NCBI GenBank assembly: GCA_039794845.1
Contig: JAUQVK010000112.1
Location: 14,359 to 78,358, forward strand
Origin: Thermostichus sp. DRC_bins_24
Lineage (GTDB): Bacteria; Cyanobacteriota; Cyanobacteriia; Thermostichales; Thermostichaceae
Length of the DNA stretch: 64,000 nucleotides
Reading direction: 5' to 3'
In this document: in pieces, positions 42,571-53,640 of the stretch
How positions within the stretch are numbered: the stretch's first letter is position 1
Layout of the letters: each line of letters opens with the position of its first letter
The notes under the pieces: generated by a model
Seen by the model: only the letters and a program-made list of their open reading frames with translations
What the model was told of the DNA's origin: nothing
Database searches by the model: none
Position numbers and translations under genes: made by a program

Positions 42571-42795
42571 CTATTGCCCCTGCTGCTCTATGGCACGGCG
42601 CAATTCACTGGCCATGTCCATAAACTCTCGCGGATTACCCGCAGTGCCATAGGAGGAGCGATCTTGAACCTTCTTGCCGCTGCCTTGGCGGGTACGGCTG
42701 TTGAACAAGGAACTGGCCATGTCCAGGAACTTAGCGGGATTTCCCTCGCTGCTGGCCCGCGTTGAGGAGCCCCGTCCGGCACGAGTGATAGCCAT
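42571..42795 (-). CDS. Small basic protein with two GNPxxFxxMA repeats (candidate phycobilisome core-binding linker)
   Basis: GNPAKFLDMASSL and GNPREFMDMASEL in 74 aa; the amino-acid-level repeat supports coding. Confidence 0.65.
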   Translation of the reverse strand: MAITRAGRGSSTRASSEGNPAKFLDMASSLFNSRTRQGSGKKVQDRSSYGTAGNPREFMDMASELRRAIEQQGQ

Positions 42796-42902
42796 AACTG
42801 TCGCGATTCTCAGAAATGAAATGCTTGTTCACATCATCCCACAAGGGATCGGCGATCAACCAGGGCAAATGCTGCATCTTGTTAAGCCGCCCCAAGGTGA
42901 GG

Positions 42903-43721
42903 TCAGCGGGTTGTGGTCTTCTCTTGGGTGAAGCGATGGGTCAGCCAAATGGGGAGCACCGTCAGGGCAATCACTCCCAAAGCCACCACGTTGATCACCG
43001 GGCGCTGTCGGGGCTTGGTCAATTGGCTAAACACCCAAATCGGCAAGGTTTGCTGTTGTCCGGCCGTGAAGGTGGTGACGATGATCTCATCAAAAGACAG
43101 GGCAAACGCCAGCAGGGATCCCGCCAATAGAGCTGTGGCCAGCTCAGGCAAAAGAATGTGCCGAAAAGTTTGCAGAGGATTGGCCCCCAGATCCGCAGAG
43201 GCTTCCAGTTGCGAACGTCCCATGCGGCGAAACCGGGCCAGCACGTTGTTGTACACCACCACCAAGCAGAAGGTGGCATGGCCGATGACAATTGTCCAAA
43301 AGCTAAAGGGGATGTGGAGCAAATTCACCGCCGAACGCAAGGCGATCCCGGAGACAATGCCCGGCAAGGCAATGGGCAGCAACACCAAAAAGGAGATCGT
43401 CTCACGGCCAAAAAATCGACTGCGATAGACCGCCGCCGCCGCCAGGGATCCCAGCACCACGGCCACCCCCGTCGCCACCAAAGCCACCCGCAACGACAAA
43501 AACAAGGCCCGCCAAATATCCGCCCGTCCCCACGCCACCCCAAACCAATGCCACGTCAGCCCCGGTAACGGAAAGCGCAAGGTCGCCTCATCGGAGGAAA
43601 ATGCATAGAGAATGATCACCAACAAGGGCAAATGGAGAAAGAGCAGCACCCCCAGCGAGAGGATGATCCAAGGCCACCGGCTGACGGGAAGAACCAAACG
43701 GGGGAAAGAGCGAAACAGCAT
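42903..43721 (-). CDS. ABC transporter permease, PotC-like
   Basis: [20 protein letters not shown] loop [25 protein letters not shown]. Confidence 0.92.
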   Translation of the reverse strand: MLFRSFPRLVLPVSRWPWIILSLGVLLFLHLPLLVIILYAFSSDEATLRFPLPGLTWHWFGVAWGRADIWRALFLSLRVALVATGVAVVLGSLAAAAVYRSRFFGRETISFLVLLPIALPGIVSGIALRSAVNLLHIPFSFWTIVIGHATFCLVVVYNNVLARFRRMGRSQLEASADLGANPLQTFRHILLPELATALLAGSLLAFALSFDEIIVTTFTAGQQQTLPIWVFSQLTKPRQRPVINVVALGVIALTVLPIWLTHRFTQEKTTTR

Positions 43722-43744
43722 GGGGGTTAGTCTACAAATAATCC

Positions 43745-44272
43745 TCAAAAATAGCCGGCATTTTTCAGGCTTTGCATCACCAAGTCAATACATTCCGGGA
43801 TGCTTTGTTCTGCCGTTTTACACACTACTTCAGGATATTCCGGGGGCTCGTAAGGATCGTCAATGCCGGTGAAATGCTGAATTAAACCCGCCCGCGCCTT
43901 TTGATATAGGCCCTTCACATCCCGACGTTCGCATACCTCAAGAGGGGCATCCACAAAGACTTCGATAAAGTTGCCAATGTGCTGCCGTACCTCCTGCCGC
44001 ACCGCCCGATAGGGGGAAATGGCCGATACCAACACGATCACCCCCTGCCGAGTCAGAAGACCCGCCACAAACCCAATGCGGCGAATGTTCTCGTCCCGAT
44101 CCGTCTTGCTAAAGCCCAGCCCTTTGGTGAGGTGTTGCCGCACCACATCCCCGTCTAGCACCTCCACAGGCAGCCCCCAAGCCCGTAGCTGTTGGGCCAC
44201 TCCTTGACTGAGGGTGGTTTTGCCCGCTCCGCTTAGCCCCGTAAACCAAACCGTTACCCCCCGCCGCGACAT
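43745..44272 (-). CDS. cysC: Adenylyl-sulfate kinase
   Basis: [44 protein letters not shown]. Confidence 0.98.
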   Translation of the reverse strand: MSRRGVTVWFTGLSGAGKTTLSQGVAQQLRAWGLPVEVLDGDVVRQHLTKGLGFSKTDRDENIRRIGFVAGLLTRQGVIVLVSAISPYRAVRQEVRQHIGNFIEVFVDAPLEVCERRDVKGLYQKARAGLIQHFTGIDDPYEPPEYPEVVCKTAEQSIPECIDLVMQSLKNAGYF

Positions 44273-44362
44273 CCGTTGGATCCCTTACCCTTTGGCCTCG
44301 CCAGAATATCATCTCCAAAAGCGCGGTGATACACTCGAAGGATTGCGCATCCTACCCAAGCC

Positions 44363-45613
44363 ATGTCACCCCTGACTTCCACTCTTGTTGATGCCACCAC
44401 GGGATCCCCGACCACCGCTGAGCTGTTTGCCGACCATGTGATGTCCACCTATGGGCGCTATCCCCTGACGTTGGTGCGGGGGCAGGGCTGTCGTGTTTGG
44501 GATGAAGAAGGGCGCGAGTATCTGGATTTTGTCGCTGGCATTGCCACCTGCACCCTGGGCCATGCCCACCCGGTTTGGATTCAGGCCCTTACCGAACAGG
44601 CGCAACGGCTCCACCACGTTTCCAACCTCTACTACAACCTGCCGCAGGCGCAACTGGCCCAATGGCTGACCCAGCACTCTTGTGCCGATAAAGTCTTTTT
44701 CTGCAACTCTGGGGCGGAGGCCAATGAAGGAGCCCTCAAACTGGCTCGCAAGTATGCCCATACGGTGCGTGGGATCCCAGATCCGGTGATTCTCACCGCC
44801 CATGCCAGCTTTCATGGCCGGACCCTAGCTACCGTCACCGCCACCGGCCAGCCGAAATACCAAAAAGACTTTGCCCCCTTGGTGCCTGGTTTTGCCTATG
44901 TTCCCTACAACGATATCGAGGGCACCGAAGCGGTTTTGAACCAGTTTGGCGAGCGAGTTTGTGCGGTGTTGCTGGAGCCTTTGCAGGGGGAAGGGGGGGT
45001 TTTGCCGGGGGAGCCCGCCTATTTTCAGTGGTTGCGCCAGGTTTGTACGCAGCGGGGCATTTTGCTGATTTTGGATGAAGTGCAGGTGGGCATGGGCCGT
45101 ACCGGTAGGCTCTGGGGCCACTGCAACCTGGGGGTGGAGCCGGATATATTCACCTTGGCCAAGGGCTTGGCCGGTGGGATCCCCATCGGGGCGCTGTTGG
45201 CGAAAGACTTTTGTGCCGTGTTTCAGCCGGGGGATCATGCCAGTACCTTTGGGGGCAACCCCCTGGCTTGTGCGGTGGGGCTGGCGGTCTGCCGCACCTT
45301 GATGTTGGAAAGTTTGGTCTGGAATGCCCAGCAGACGGGGGCTTATTTGCACCAAGGCTTATCTCGACTGGCGGAACAGTTCCCGCAGGTGATCCAGCAG
45401 GTGCGGGGTTGGGGCTTGATCCAGGGGTTGGTGGTGCGGATCCCGGCAGCCGAAGTGGTCAAAGCTGCCATGGCCTCCGGGTTGTTGTTGGTGCCAGCGG
45501 GGCCCCAGGTGGTGCGGTTTGTGCCGCCGTTGATCGTCACCCCTGCGGAAATTGACCGGGCTCTGGCGATGTTGGAGACGGCTTTGCAGAGTTTGGCTGC
45601 TCAGGGATCCTAA
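44363..45613 (+). CDS. argD: Acetylornithine aminotransferase
   Basis: YLDFVAGIA, FCNSGAEANE, SFHGRT, EPLQGEGG, DEVQVGMGRTG, LAKGLAGG, HASTFGGNP. Confidence 0.94.
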   Translation: MSPLTSTLVDATTGSPTTAELFADHVMSTYGRYPLTLVRGQGCRVWDEEGREYLDFVAGIATCTLGHAHPVWIQALTEQAQRLHHVSNLYYNLPQAQLAQWLTQHSCADKVFFCNSGAEANEGALKLARKYAHTVRGIPDPVILTAHASFHGRTLATVTATGQPKYQKDFAPLVPGFAYVPYNDIEGTEAVLNQFGERVCAVLLEPLQGEGGVLPGEPAYFQWLRQVCTQRGILLILDEVQVGMGRTGRLWGHCNLGVEPDIFTLAKGLAGGIPIGALLAKDFCAVFQPGDHASTFGGNPLACAVGLAVCRTLMLESLVWNAQQTGAYLHQGLSRLAEQFPQVIQQVRGWGLIQGLVVRIPAAEVVKAAMASGLLLVPAGPQVVRFVPPLIVTPAEIDRALAMLETALQSLAAQGS

Positions 45614-45615
45614 TC

Positions 45616-46092
45616 CTAAGCGGGCCGTTCCCAGGCTTGCCGCAAAAACTCCTGTAACCGTTGCCGGGCAGTGGGTTCGTTGGGTTCAGGATCCCTTGCC
45701 TGTTCCAGCAGGGGCAGCAGATCCTCGGCATAGGCGGGGACAAATCCGGCGGCGGGCCAGAGCAAATCGGAGGTGGCCTGTAGGCTCAACACCCGGGATC
45801 CCTGCTTGAGCAGGAGAGGCCGTACCCAGAGCAGGGTTGTGGATTCTGCCGGAGCAGGAGAGTCTGGGCCGAGACTGTGGAGGGAAGTCTGAATCAGCTC
45901 CACGTACAGGGTGGCTTGCGGCCCTTGCAGGGTGAGGATGGGGCGGGGCGGCGGCGTGGGGTTGACTTCCACCGAATCGGGCAAAGGGCGACCCTCCAAG
46001 TGAAAAACCGAATCAACAGCCTCACCAGAACCACATTTGGCAGGCAGACGGGGGAACAAGGTCATGCAGAAGTTCAGCTCAAGGTTACGCAA
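45616..46092 (-). CDS. Hypothetical protein
   Basis: LYVELIQ..LLWVRPLLL..SDLLWPA..RLQEFLRQAW; resembles a conserved cyanobacterial hypothetical; start uncertain. Confidence 0.65.
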   Translation of the reverse strand: MRNLELNFCMTLFPRLPAKCGSGEAVDSVFHLEGRPLPDSVEVNPTPPPRPILTLQGPQATLYVELIQTSLHSLGPDSPAPAESTTLLWVRPLLLKQGSRVLSLQATSDLLWPAAGFVPAYAEDLLPLLEQARDPEPNEPTARQRLQEFLRQAWERPA

Positions 46093-46246
46093 ACTCTTTT
46101 TATCGTAACGGAAGGGATCTTCCGTCTGGGTGAGGAGGTGGGATCCCCAGGCAGCAGCGCGATTCCGTCCATCGCAGACATTTCGTGAACTCCATTTTGT
46201 GGCATGGTGCTAAGTAACGATCCCTCGGAATTTGACTGATCCTGCC

Positions 46247-47095
46247 ATGATGCACACTTTTGTCCCGCCCCACCGCTTTTTCCCCTACTTGACCTGGACC
46301 GAGATCCAGGCCATGCCCGACAAAGAGAATGTGGTGATCATTCAGCCGGTTGCCTCGATTGAACAGCATGGGCCACATCTGCCGCTGGTGGTGGATTCCT
46401 CGATTGGCACAGCCATCATCGGACGCGCCATGGAAAAGTTGGATCCCGAGATTCCCGCCTATGTTTTGCCCACCCAGTGCTATGGCAAAGCCAACGAACA
46501 CTGGCATTTTCCTGGCACCATCGCCCTCACAGCCCAAACCCTGATGGCGGTGCTTACAGAAGTGGCTGAAAGCGTTTACCGAGCCGGATTCCGCAAGCTG
46601 GTGTTCCTCAACTCCCACGGCGGCCAACCGCAGGTGCTGGAGATCGTCGCCCGCGATGTTCATCAAAAGTACGAAGATTTCATGCTCTTCCCGGTGTCGG
46701 CCTGGCGCGTTCCCCACGAGGGGCGGGATCTGTTTACCGAGAAAGAACGGGAATTTGGTATTCATGCGGGCGATGGCGAAACCAGCATCCTGATGCACAT
46801 CCTGCCCGACACGGTGCGAACCGACAAACTGGTGTGCGAGTATCCCCACGACCTGCCGGAGAATAGCCTGCTGAGCATGGAAGGAGCGATCCCCTTTGCG
46901 TGGGTAACCCGCGATCTCACCCAGAGTGGGGTCTTGGGCGATGCCACCGCCGCCACACCGGAAAAAGGCAAGCTGCTGGTGGAGTCGATGTCGGATGGCT
47001 GGGTGCGGCTGATCAAGGATCTGCACAAGTTCCAACAGCCCAAGGCTTGGCGAAAATCTGTGCCCAGCGTTGCCCCGGTGCCCAGCTTGGCTTAG
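46247..47095 (+). CDS. Creatininase family amidohydrolase
   Basis: SIEQHGPHLP..D, EHWHFPGT, NSHGG, HAGDGETS, SGVLGD. Confidence 0.93.
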   Translation: MMHTFVPPHRFFPYLTWTEIQAMPDKENVVIIQPVASIEQHGPHLPLVVDSSIGTAIIGRAMEKLDPEIPAYVLPTQCYGKANEHWHFPGTIALTAQTLMAVLTEVAESVYRAGFRKLVFLNSHGGQPQVLEIVARDVHQKYEDFMLFPVSAWRVPHEGRDLFTEKEREFGIHAGDGETSILMHILPDTVRTDKLVCEYPHDLPENSLLSMEGAIPFAWVTRDLTQSGVLGDATAATPEKGKLLVESMSDGWVRLIKDLHKFQQPKAWRKSVPSVAPVPSLA

Positions 47096-47109
47096 GGCTT
47101 AGGGATCCC

Positions 47110-49224
47110 TTACAGGCGCTGGCTTACCAAGGTACGTCCCTCTTGGGTGTAGAGCTGCCAGTAGTTCCAATAGTTACCGAACACAGACTTAACGTAACCA
47201 CGGGTTTCGGCAAAGGGGATCTGCTCCACAAACAGATCCGGATCCGTCAGGCCGTATCGGTTAAGCCAGCGGGCCACATTGCCCGGGCCACCGTTGTAGC
47301 TGGCTAAAGCCAGCAGGGTGTTGTCCTGGTAGGTACGGTGGGTATAGTCCAGATACCAGGATCCCAAGTAGAGGTTATCGGCGGGGTTGGTGAGGCTGTA
47401 CTGAGTCAAGCCAATCTGTTGAGCAATCCACTGTCCGGTGGCGGGCATTACCTGCATCAAGCCTAGAGCCCCTGACACCGAAACGATCTCCGGCTCAAAG
47501 CGCGATTCCTGCCGAATTAAAGCGGCCACCATGAGCGGGTTGAGGTTGAACTGCCGCGACCAACGGGCCATACCCGACCGGCTGTAGGGATCCTCGTTCC
47601 AGGTATTATCTGGGCTGGCATAGTAGTGCAGCGGGTAAATGGCCTGCCAGAAATCCTGTCGCTGCCTAAGGGTGGCCAAAAGGGGATCCGGATCCTCGCT
47701 AAAGCGCAGAGCCGCCACTTGGTTAATGCCCCGCAGATGATCCCCAGCCTTGTTGCGCAGAATGCCCGTAACAAAGCGCTCTTGGATGCTCATCTGTTGA
47801 GGAGCCCGCTGCACAGGGGTCTCCCCTTGCCAGCGTTCCCAGGCCAGTTGCCTGGCCCCGATCAGGTGCAGGGTTTGAGTGGCATCGGAAACCCCCGGGA
47901 GCGGTAGGCGCACCGGCTGAAAATCCACCTCCACTCGTTTGCGGCCACTGCCAAAATCTCCCACGGGCCAACCCAGCTGTACCGCCGACCGCCAGCCGTA
48001 GTAGGTGTGGGGAAACTGGTTGAGCACCGACTGATAGGTTTGGCGGGCGGCGGCGGTATCCCCCAGTTGTTCCCGCCACTTGCCCGCCCAGTAGAGCAGT
48101 TGGGCCCCCATTTCCGTATCCCGCTGGCGGGATCCCACCTGTTGGGCAATGGCGATGGCTGGGCTGAGGTTACCCGCTTGGGCTTGGTTCCAAGCCATTG
48201 TCCAGGCGGCGTTGGCAGCAGCTTCGCTGTGGGGAAAGCGCTCCCAGAGGGCTTGCCGGGTGGCTTGGGCGGATTGGGGGCTGGCGTTGCGGTCGTACAG
48301 TTGGCTGAGGCTGAGCAGGGCTTCTGGAGCCTCTTTATCCGAGCCGGATCCCACTTGTTTGAGCAATTCAATCGCCGTGGGTAGGTCGCTCAGATCCGCC
48401 AGGCGGCGACGGGTCAGGGAGGCATCCGGCCCATCGGGAAATTGCGCCAACAGGGCTTGGTAGGCAGCTACTGCCTGAGGGAACTCTCGCGAGATCTGGT
48501 GGCTACGACCCCAACGGTAAAGATTCTGGGAAGTCGCCGGGGCACGACCATAGGCACGGGCGGCCTTGCCGTACTCCCGTTGCTCCCAGTAGGCGTCGGC
48601 GATGATCTGCCAATCTGCCGCCGAGAGAGAGGCCTCTTGGGCTTGTCGCCAGCGATCCAACAGAGGGGTTAAGCCAGATGTTTGGGGATGGTGTTGAGCC
48701 AGATCCCGCAGCAGGTCGAAGCGTTCGGGACTAAGGCCCAGCAAATGCTTGAGCGCACGTCCGGTCACCGGGTGGGTGGGAAATTGTTGCCGCAGCCGAT
48801 CAACCTTGCCCATACCCCAGAGGGCGTAGGCGGCGACCGGGCTGGTGGGGTACTGTTCCAGGATCTTGGGCCACCAAACTCCTCGGGCGGTTTCCTTGTC
48901 CTGTAACTGCTCGTAGGCTTGTGCCCGCAGCTTCCAAATCTCATCCGTCAAGACCGGCAGACTGTCTTCCAACCCTTGCAAGTAACGCAGGGCCGACTCG
49001 GCTTGGCCTGCTTGTAGGGCGGCATAGGCTTGCAAAAAGGCAGCAGTAGATGTTTGGGGCAGTTGCGTCGGGTCTAGTCCCTCAATCGTAGAAGCCACTT
49101 CTACGGTTTCTGCTTGAGACAGAGCACCGGATCCCCATAGCGCCCCCCCCAAAGCTGCACCCAACATCAGGACTCCGGTTACCATCCCTGTCCAGAGTCG
49201 GTTGTTGTTCGACGGGATCCCCAT
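47110..49224 (-). CDS. Soluble lytic murein transglycosylase with TPR-like superhelix
   Basis: IRQESRF, GALGLMQVMP.T, ASYNGGPG, IPFAETRGYV. Confidence 0.94.
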   Translation of the reverse strand: MGIPSNNNRLWTGMVTGVLMLGAALGGALWGSGALSQAETVEVASTIEGLDPTQLPQTSTAAFLQAYAALQAGQAESALRYLQGLEDSLPVLTDEIWKLRAQAYEQLQDKETARGVWWPKILEQYPTSPVAAYALWGMGKVDRLRQQFPTHPVTGRALKHLLGLSPERFDLLRDLAQHHPQTSGLTPLLDRWRQAQEASLSAADWQIIADAYWEQREYGKAARAYGRAPATSQNLYRWGRSHQISREFPQAVAAYQALLAQFPDGPDASLTRRRLADLSDLPTAIELLKQVGSGSDKEAPEALLSLSQLYDRNASPQSAQATRQALWERFPHSEAAANAAWTMAWNQAQAGNLSPAIAIAQQVGSRQRDTEMGAQLLYWAGKWREQLGDTAAARQTYQSVLNQFPHTYYGWRSAVQLGWPVGDFGSGRKRVEVDFQPVRLPLPGVSDATQTLHLIGARQLAWERWQGETPVQRAPQQMSIQERFVTGILRNKAGDHLRGINQVAALRFSEDPDPLLATLRQRQDFWQAIYPLHYYASPDNTWNEDPYSRSGMARWSRQFNLNPLMVAALIRQESRFEPEIVSVSGALGLMQVMPATGQWIAQQIGLTQYSLTNPADNLYLGSWYLDYTHRTYQDNTLLALASYNGGPGNVARWLNRYGLTDPDLFVEQIPFAETRGYVKSVFGNYWNYWQLYTQEGRTLVSQRL

Positions 49225-49420
49225 GTTCTTCTCCCCACAAAGTCTTCGACTAAGATACTCAACCTCGGAGAATAGTGATCTACGAAAAGGCGCTCTCTAG
49301 ACAACACTCTCCGGTATCCCCATTGTTCACAGATTTCTGACAGGAGTTCTGGACAGTTACGCTGTTGCAGACTACTGTGGAGGCAATTTACGTTTACACA
49401 AAGCGTGTGGGGTGGGATCC

Positions 49421-50560
49421 ATGCTCAGGCCCAGTCTCTTGTTTTCCGGATCGGCCCTGCTGGGGTTGATGTCTTTGCTGATCTTGGGCGGTGAATGCGG
49501 TTTGCTCGCACGGCGGCAACGCTCATCCCCTCAGATTCCCCTGGACGCTTTGGAACAGCCTCTGGAGCCATCCCAGATATTCATATTTTTTGAAGATGAG
49601 CCGGATCCGTCGCCGCTACTTGCCCACCAAGCCCAACTGCGAGAGCGGGTGCAAGAGCTGGAACGACGCTCTCAAGCCCACCAACAGCAAGCTCATCAAT
49701 GGCTTTCCCCTCGGGTCGATGGCCGTGGGATCCCCCAGCACCCTTCCGGTGTTATCCGTTTTGATTCAACTTCAACCCTCGCCCGATCGGCACGGCCTCG
49801 CCGTCAGGATCCCACCCTTTCGCAAGCCGCTGCTCAACCGGTCGCTCCCAATTATCTGGCGCGGTTAAGCCAGCAAATGAACCGGGAGCCAGGGAATGCC
49901 CGGCTTTATCTGCAACGGGCACAGCACTTTTGGCATCAGTCCCAGGAGGATCCCTTTGCTCTGCCCCGGCCGGAACAGGCGTCGGCCATTGCCCACCTGA
50001 TGCGCTCTGCCTTGCGGGATCTAAACATTGCCATTGCTTTGGATCCCTATCTCAGCGAAGCCTATCTGCTCAAGGCCAAAATTCAGTACGAGCGTTTGCG
50101 CGAACCCGACCAAGCCTTGGCGACCCTGTCTCCTTTGGACCGCTTTGCCTATCGCAACCCGCAACTGCACCTGATGCGCTCCCGCATTTGGGCTGAGCAA
50201 GGGCATCTGGAATCCGCCTTTGATGTCGCTCACCTGGCGATTGAGCTGGCGCACCAAAGCCAGAACAAAGCGGACCTGTTTGATGCCTATGTGCATCGGG
50301 GTTTGCTGTGGGGCAGCGTTTGTGATTTGAGTTTGGCAATGCAGGACTTCAGCCGGGCCATCGAGCTGTTGCCCCATCGCGGGGATCCCTACTACTACCG
50401 GGGAATAGCAGGCGCCTACTCTGGCTCTGATCTGCGACGAGCAGCGGCAGACCTAGGCAGTGCGTTGATGTTGTGGCGGGCTTCGGGTACGGGATCCCCG
50501 GCGAGGCTGGAGCACGCAGAAGCAGTGCGAATGGAGCTTTTGCAGCAGCTGCGTCGATAA
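49421..50560 (+). CDS. Membrane-anchored tetratricopeptide repeat protein
   Basis: N-terminal hydrophobic helix; TPRs such as AYVHRG..AMQDFSRAIELLP..PYYYRG. Confidence 0.8.
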   Translation: MLRPSLLFSGSALLGLMSLLILGGECGLLARRQRSSPQIPLDALEQPLEPSQIFIFFEDEPDPSPLLAHQAQLRERVQELERRSQAHQQQAHQWLSPRVDGRGIPQHPSGVIRFDSTSTLARSARPRRQDPTLSQAAAQPVAPNYLARLSQQMNREPGNARLYLQRAQHFWHQSQEDPFALPRPEQASAIAHLMRSALRDLNIAIALDPYLSEAYLLKAKIQYERLREPDQALATLSPLDRFAYRNPQLHLMRSRIWAEQGHLESAFDVAHLAIELAHQSQNKADLFDAYVHRGLLWGSVCDLSLAMQDFSRAIELLPHRGDPYYYRGIAGAYSGSDLRRAAADLGSALMLWRASGTGSPARLEHAEAVRMELLQQLRR

Positions 50561-50743
50561 TTTCGACAGTGTTTTCGTTTCAGGTTCGGGAGAATCCGGT
50601 AGGCACAAGGGGTTAAGTGTCTCTTTGGGGGCCTGGCTCCGAAATGAGGATACTGCCGGGTGGCAATTGGCAAGTCCATCCGAACAAAGCCAGGATGTTA
50701 GGGATGACTGTAACTGCAGCAGGATCCTTCAGAACCGAGCGCA

Positions 50744-51985
50744 ATGATGAGCCGACGACAATTAACGATCTCCGTGTCTTCAGTAGCCCTGGTGGTGGCG
50801 ACGGGAATGCTGCTCCTGTTGCTGTGGCAACTGCGGAGCCTGGTGCTGACGGTGATGATCGCGGTGGTGGTGGCGGCGGCGCTGGCTCCCCTGGTGGATA
50901 TGGCGGAACGGATGTGGATCCCTCGCTGGCTGGCGGTGGTGGCGGTGTATCTGAGCCTCATTGCCGGAATTGCCGGGTTGGCTTTGTTGATCGGCCCCAC
51001 GGTGGCAACCCAGACCGAGCGGCTGTTGATGAAATTACCCTTCTATCTGGAGCGGCTGCAACTGCTGGTGGATACCTGGATTACGGATCTGGCAGGGGTG
51101 GATCCGGAGGTGATCGACTACTTGAATCAGGTGCTCAACCCGCAATCGATAACCGGCTGGGCGATTCGCTCAGGGCAGCAGTTGTTGGTGCAATCCTACG
51201 ACTTCACGCGGGGCTTACTGGGGGCGATCCTGACCACCTTGCTGACGATTTTTATTTCTGGCTACATGCTGGTGAGCGGCTCCAGCCTGATTCAGGGGTT
51301 GGTGGAGCTGTTCCCTTACCCCTGGAATGAACGACTGGCGCAACAGGTGCACCCGATGGCCCAGCGGATGGGGGGCTACATTCAAGGGCGGGTGGTGGTT
51401 TCCGCCATTTTGGGGGTGATGATCACGGTCTCGCTGCGCTTTTTGGGTCTGTCGGAGTTTGCCATCGCGCTGGGGGTGATCGCCGGGTTTACCAATCTCA
51501 TCCCCTTTATCGGGCCGGTGTTGGGATCCCTGCCCGCCTTGGTGGTGGCGATTGTGCAAGGGGGCTGGACCTTCTTGTGGGTACTGCTTCTTTATATTGC
51601 CATCCAAAACCTGGAGACCTACGTGTTGGATCCCCTGCTGGTGGGGTCTTCGGTACGGGTGAAACCCCTGTACCAATTGTTGGCCGTCTTGGGAGGCACA
51701 CAGCTGTTGGGCATTATCGGGGCGGTGATCGCTCCCCCTTGGGTGGCTGGAGCAGCGGTGTTGCTGGAGAATCTTTACCTCAAGCCCAAACAGGAGGCGG
51801 AAGCCCAAGCGAAATTGCATATGCCTCCCTCCGATTCTTCTGCCTTGCCGGCCCCAGCCGCTAATGGTCATCTGGCCTCGGAGCAGGGAGCCAAAGAAGC
51901 TGGATGGGAAGAGACTTCCAGAGCTACTCCTGGTTCTCAGGCATCTGAGGAAGCAGATCTACCCCTTCCAGGGCGCAGGGTTTGA
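50744..51985 (+). CDS. AI-2E (PerM) family transporter
   Basis: MGGYIQG, NLIPFIGP, IQNLETYVLDP, GIIGAVIAPP. Confidence 0.92.
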   Translation: MMSRRQLTISVSSVALVVATGMLLLLLWQLRSLVLTVMIAVVVAAALAPLVDMAERMWIPRWLAVVAVYLSLIAGIAGLALLIGPTVATQTERLLMKLPFYLERLQLLVDTWITDLAGVDPEVIDYLNQVLNPQSITGWAIRSGQQLLVQSYDFTRGLLGAILTTLLTIFISGYMLVSGSSLIQGLVELFPYPWNERLAQQVHPMAQRMGGYIQGRVVVSAILGVMITVSLRFLGLSEFAIALGVIAGFTNLIPFIGPVLGSLPALVVAIVQGGWTFLWVLLLYIAIQNLETYVLDPLLVGSSVRVKPLYQLLAVLGGTQLLGIIGAVIAPPWVAGAAVLLENLYLKPKQEAEAQAKLHMPPSDSSALPAPAANGHLASEQGAKEAGWEETSRATPGSQASEEADLPLPGRRV

Positions 51986-52015
51986 GTTTTGATGTGAGTG
52001 GGTGAGGGATCCTAG

Positions 52016-53530
52016 GTGGCCCGGTCATTGATGGTGGTGGGAACCTCTTCCCATGTGGGCAAAACCCTGTTGGTCACTGCCCTCTGTCGCCTTCTCAAAA
52101 GAGCCGGAAAGCGGGTTACACCTTTCAAAGCCCAGAATATGTCTCTTAATGCCTACGTCACCGCAGATGGCAAAGAGATTGCCTATGCCCAAGCTCTACA
52201 AGCCTGGGCCGCTGGGATCCCGCCAACGGTGGAAATGAACCCGATCCTCCTCAAGCCGCAGGGAAACCTCACCTCACAAGTGATTTTGAATGGGGTAGCT
52301 GCAGGCACCTACCGAGCCGGAGAGTACTACGAACGCTGGTTTGAGCCCGGTTGGCAAGCTGTAACCGCAGCCCTGGCCCAATTGCAACAGCAGTACGACT
52401 GGATTCTGTGTGAGGGGGCGGGCAGCCCTGCAGAAGTTAACCTCAAGCATCGGGATCTGGTGAATATGCGGGTCGCGTTGCACCTAGGATCCCCCACTTG
52501 GTTGGTGGCGGATATCGATCGCGGCGGGGCCTTGGCCCATGTGGTGGGTACGCTACAATTGCTGGACCCCGAAGAACGCGCTTTGATCCGGGGCATTGTC
52601 ATCAACAAATTTCGGGGCTCCCGGGAATTGCTGCAACCGGGCCTCGACTGGCTGGAAAACCATACCGGGATCCCTGTGGTCGGGGTGTTGCCCTGGTTGG
52701 ATTTGCCTCTGCCTCAAGAAGATTCTATGGGGGTTGAAGCCATGAGTTGGGCCCAGCCACAACTCTTGGAGGATCGGCAAGGCAGTGCTAGCCGGAGGGC
52801 CTTGAGGGGATCCCAGCTCGAGATCGCCGTGATTCGGCTGCCCAAAATCGCCAATTTCTCAGATTTTGACCCTCTGGTGGCAGAGCCAAGCGTTCGTCTG
52901 CGTTGGGTTCACCCGGGTGAGGCGTTGGGATCCCCGCATGCAGTGATTCTTCCCGGCAGCAAAACCACCCTTGCCGATCTATTGACCCTGGAAAAGACGG
53001 GCTTGGCCGACCAACTGCGACGGTATCCTGGCCAAATTGTCGGGATTTGCGGCGGTCTGCAGATGTTGGGGGAAAAGATTACCGATCCCGAGGGGATAGA
53101 AGAAGTTTCGGGTTCCTATCCTGGGCTGGGTTTTCTCCCCCTGACAACAACCCTCGAACCGACCAAAGTTACCCAGCAGATCCAGACCCACATTCAATGG
53201 CCTACCCCCTCTCCCATCCTGGGTTACGAAATTCACCAGGGATCCACTCAAGCTACTTCTTCTAGCTGCGTGCCTCTGTTTGAACAGGAGCACCTCGGTT
53301 GGCGGGATCCCGCAGGACGGGTGTGGGGCAGCTACCTGCACGGACTGTTCGACAATCACCGCTGGCGACGACAATGGCTGAATCACCTGAGGCGACAAAA
53401 CGGCTGGGAGCTCTTGCCGGAATTGGAAGGTCACTATTCTCAGCAACGGGAGCAACTGCTGGAGCGCTTGGCAGATCTATGGCAAGCCCACCTGGATTTG
53501 CATGTGTTTTCAACAGCAAAAGACTCATAG
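52016..53530 (+). CDS. cobQ: Cobyric acid synthase
   Basis: GTSSHVGK, PFKAQNMSLN, MNPILLKP, EGAGSPAEVNL, DIDRGG, GICGGLQMLG, GYEIH, SYLHGLF. Confidence 0.97.
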   Translation: MARSLMVVGTSSHVGKTLLVTALCRLLKRAGKRVTPFKAQNMSLNAYVTADGKEIAYAQALQAWAAGIPPTVEMNPILLKPQGNLTSQVILNGVAAGTYRAGEYYERWFEPGWQAVTAALAQLQQQYDWILCEGAGSPAEVNLKHRDLVNMRVALHLGSPTWLVADIDRGGALAHVVGTLQLLDPEERALIRGIVINKFRGSRELLQPGLDWLENHTGIPVVGVLPWLDLPLPQEDSMGVEAMSWAQPQLLEDRQGSASRRALRGSQLEIAVIRLPKIANFSDFDPLVAEPSVRLRWVHPGEALGSPHAVILPGSKTTLADLLTLEKTGLADQLRRYPGQIVGICGGLQMLGEKITDPEGIEEVSGSYPGLGFLPLTTTLEPTKVTQQIQTHIQWPTPSPILGYEIHQGSTQATSSSCVPLFEQEHLGWRDPAGRVWGSYLHGLFDNHRWRRQWLNHLRRQNGWELLPELEGHYSQQREQLLERLADLWQAHLDLHVFSTAKDS

Positions 53531-53640
53531 CCTGCCTCCCACTTTCTAGCAAGGAGATCTGACAAGGAGATCTGATGGTCGGGGGTTAGCTTTGCCGGCA
53601 GTTTGCGTTTGTTGAATGCCTTGTTCTGGGTTTTTCCAGA

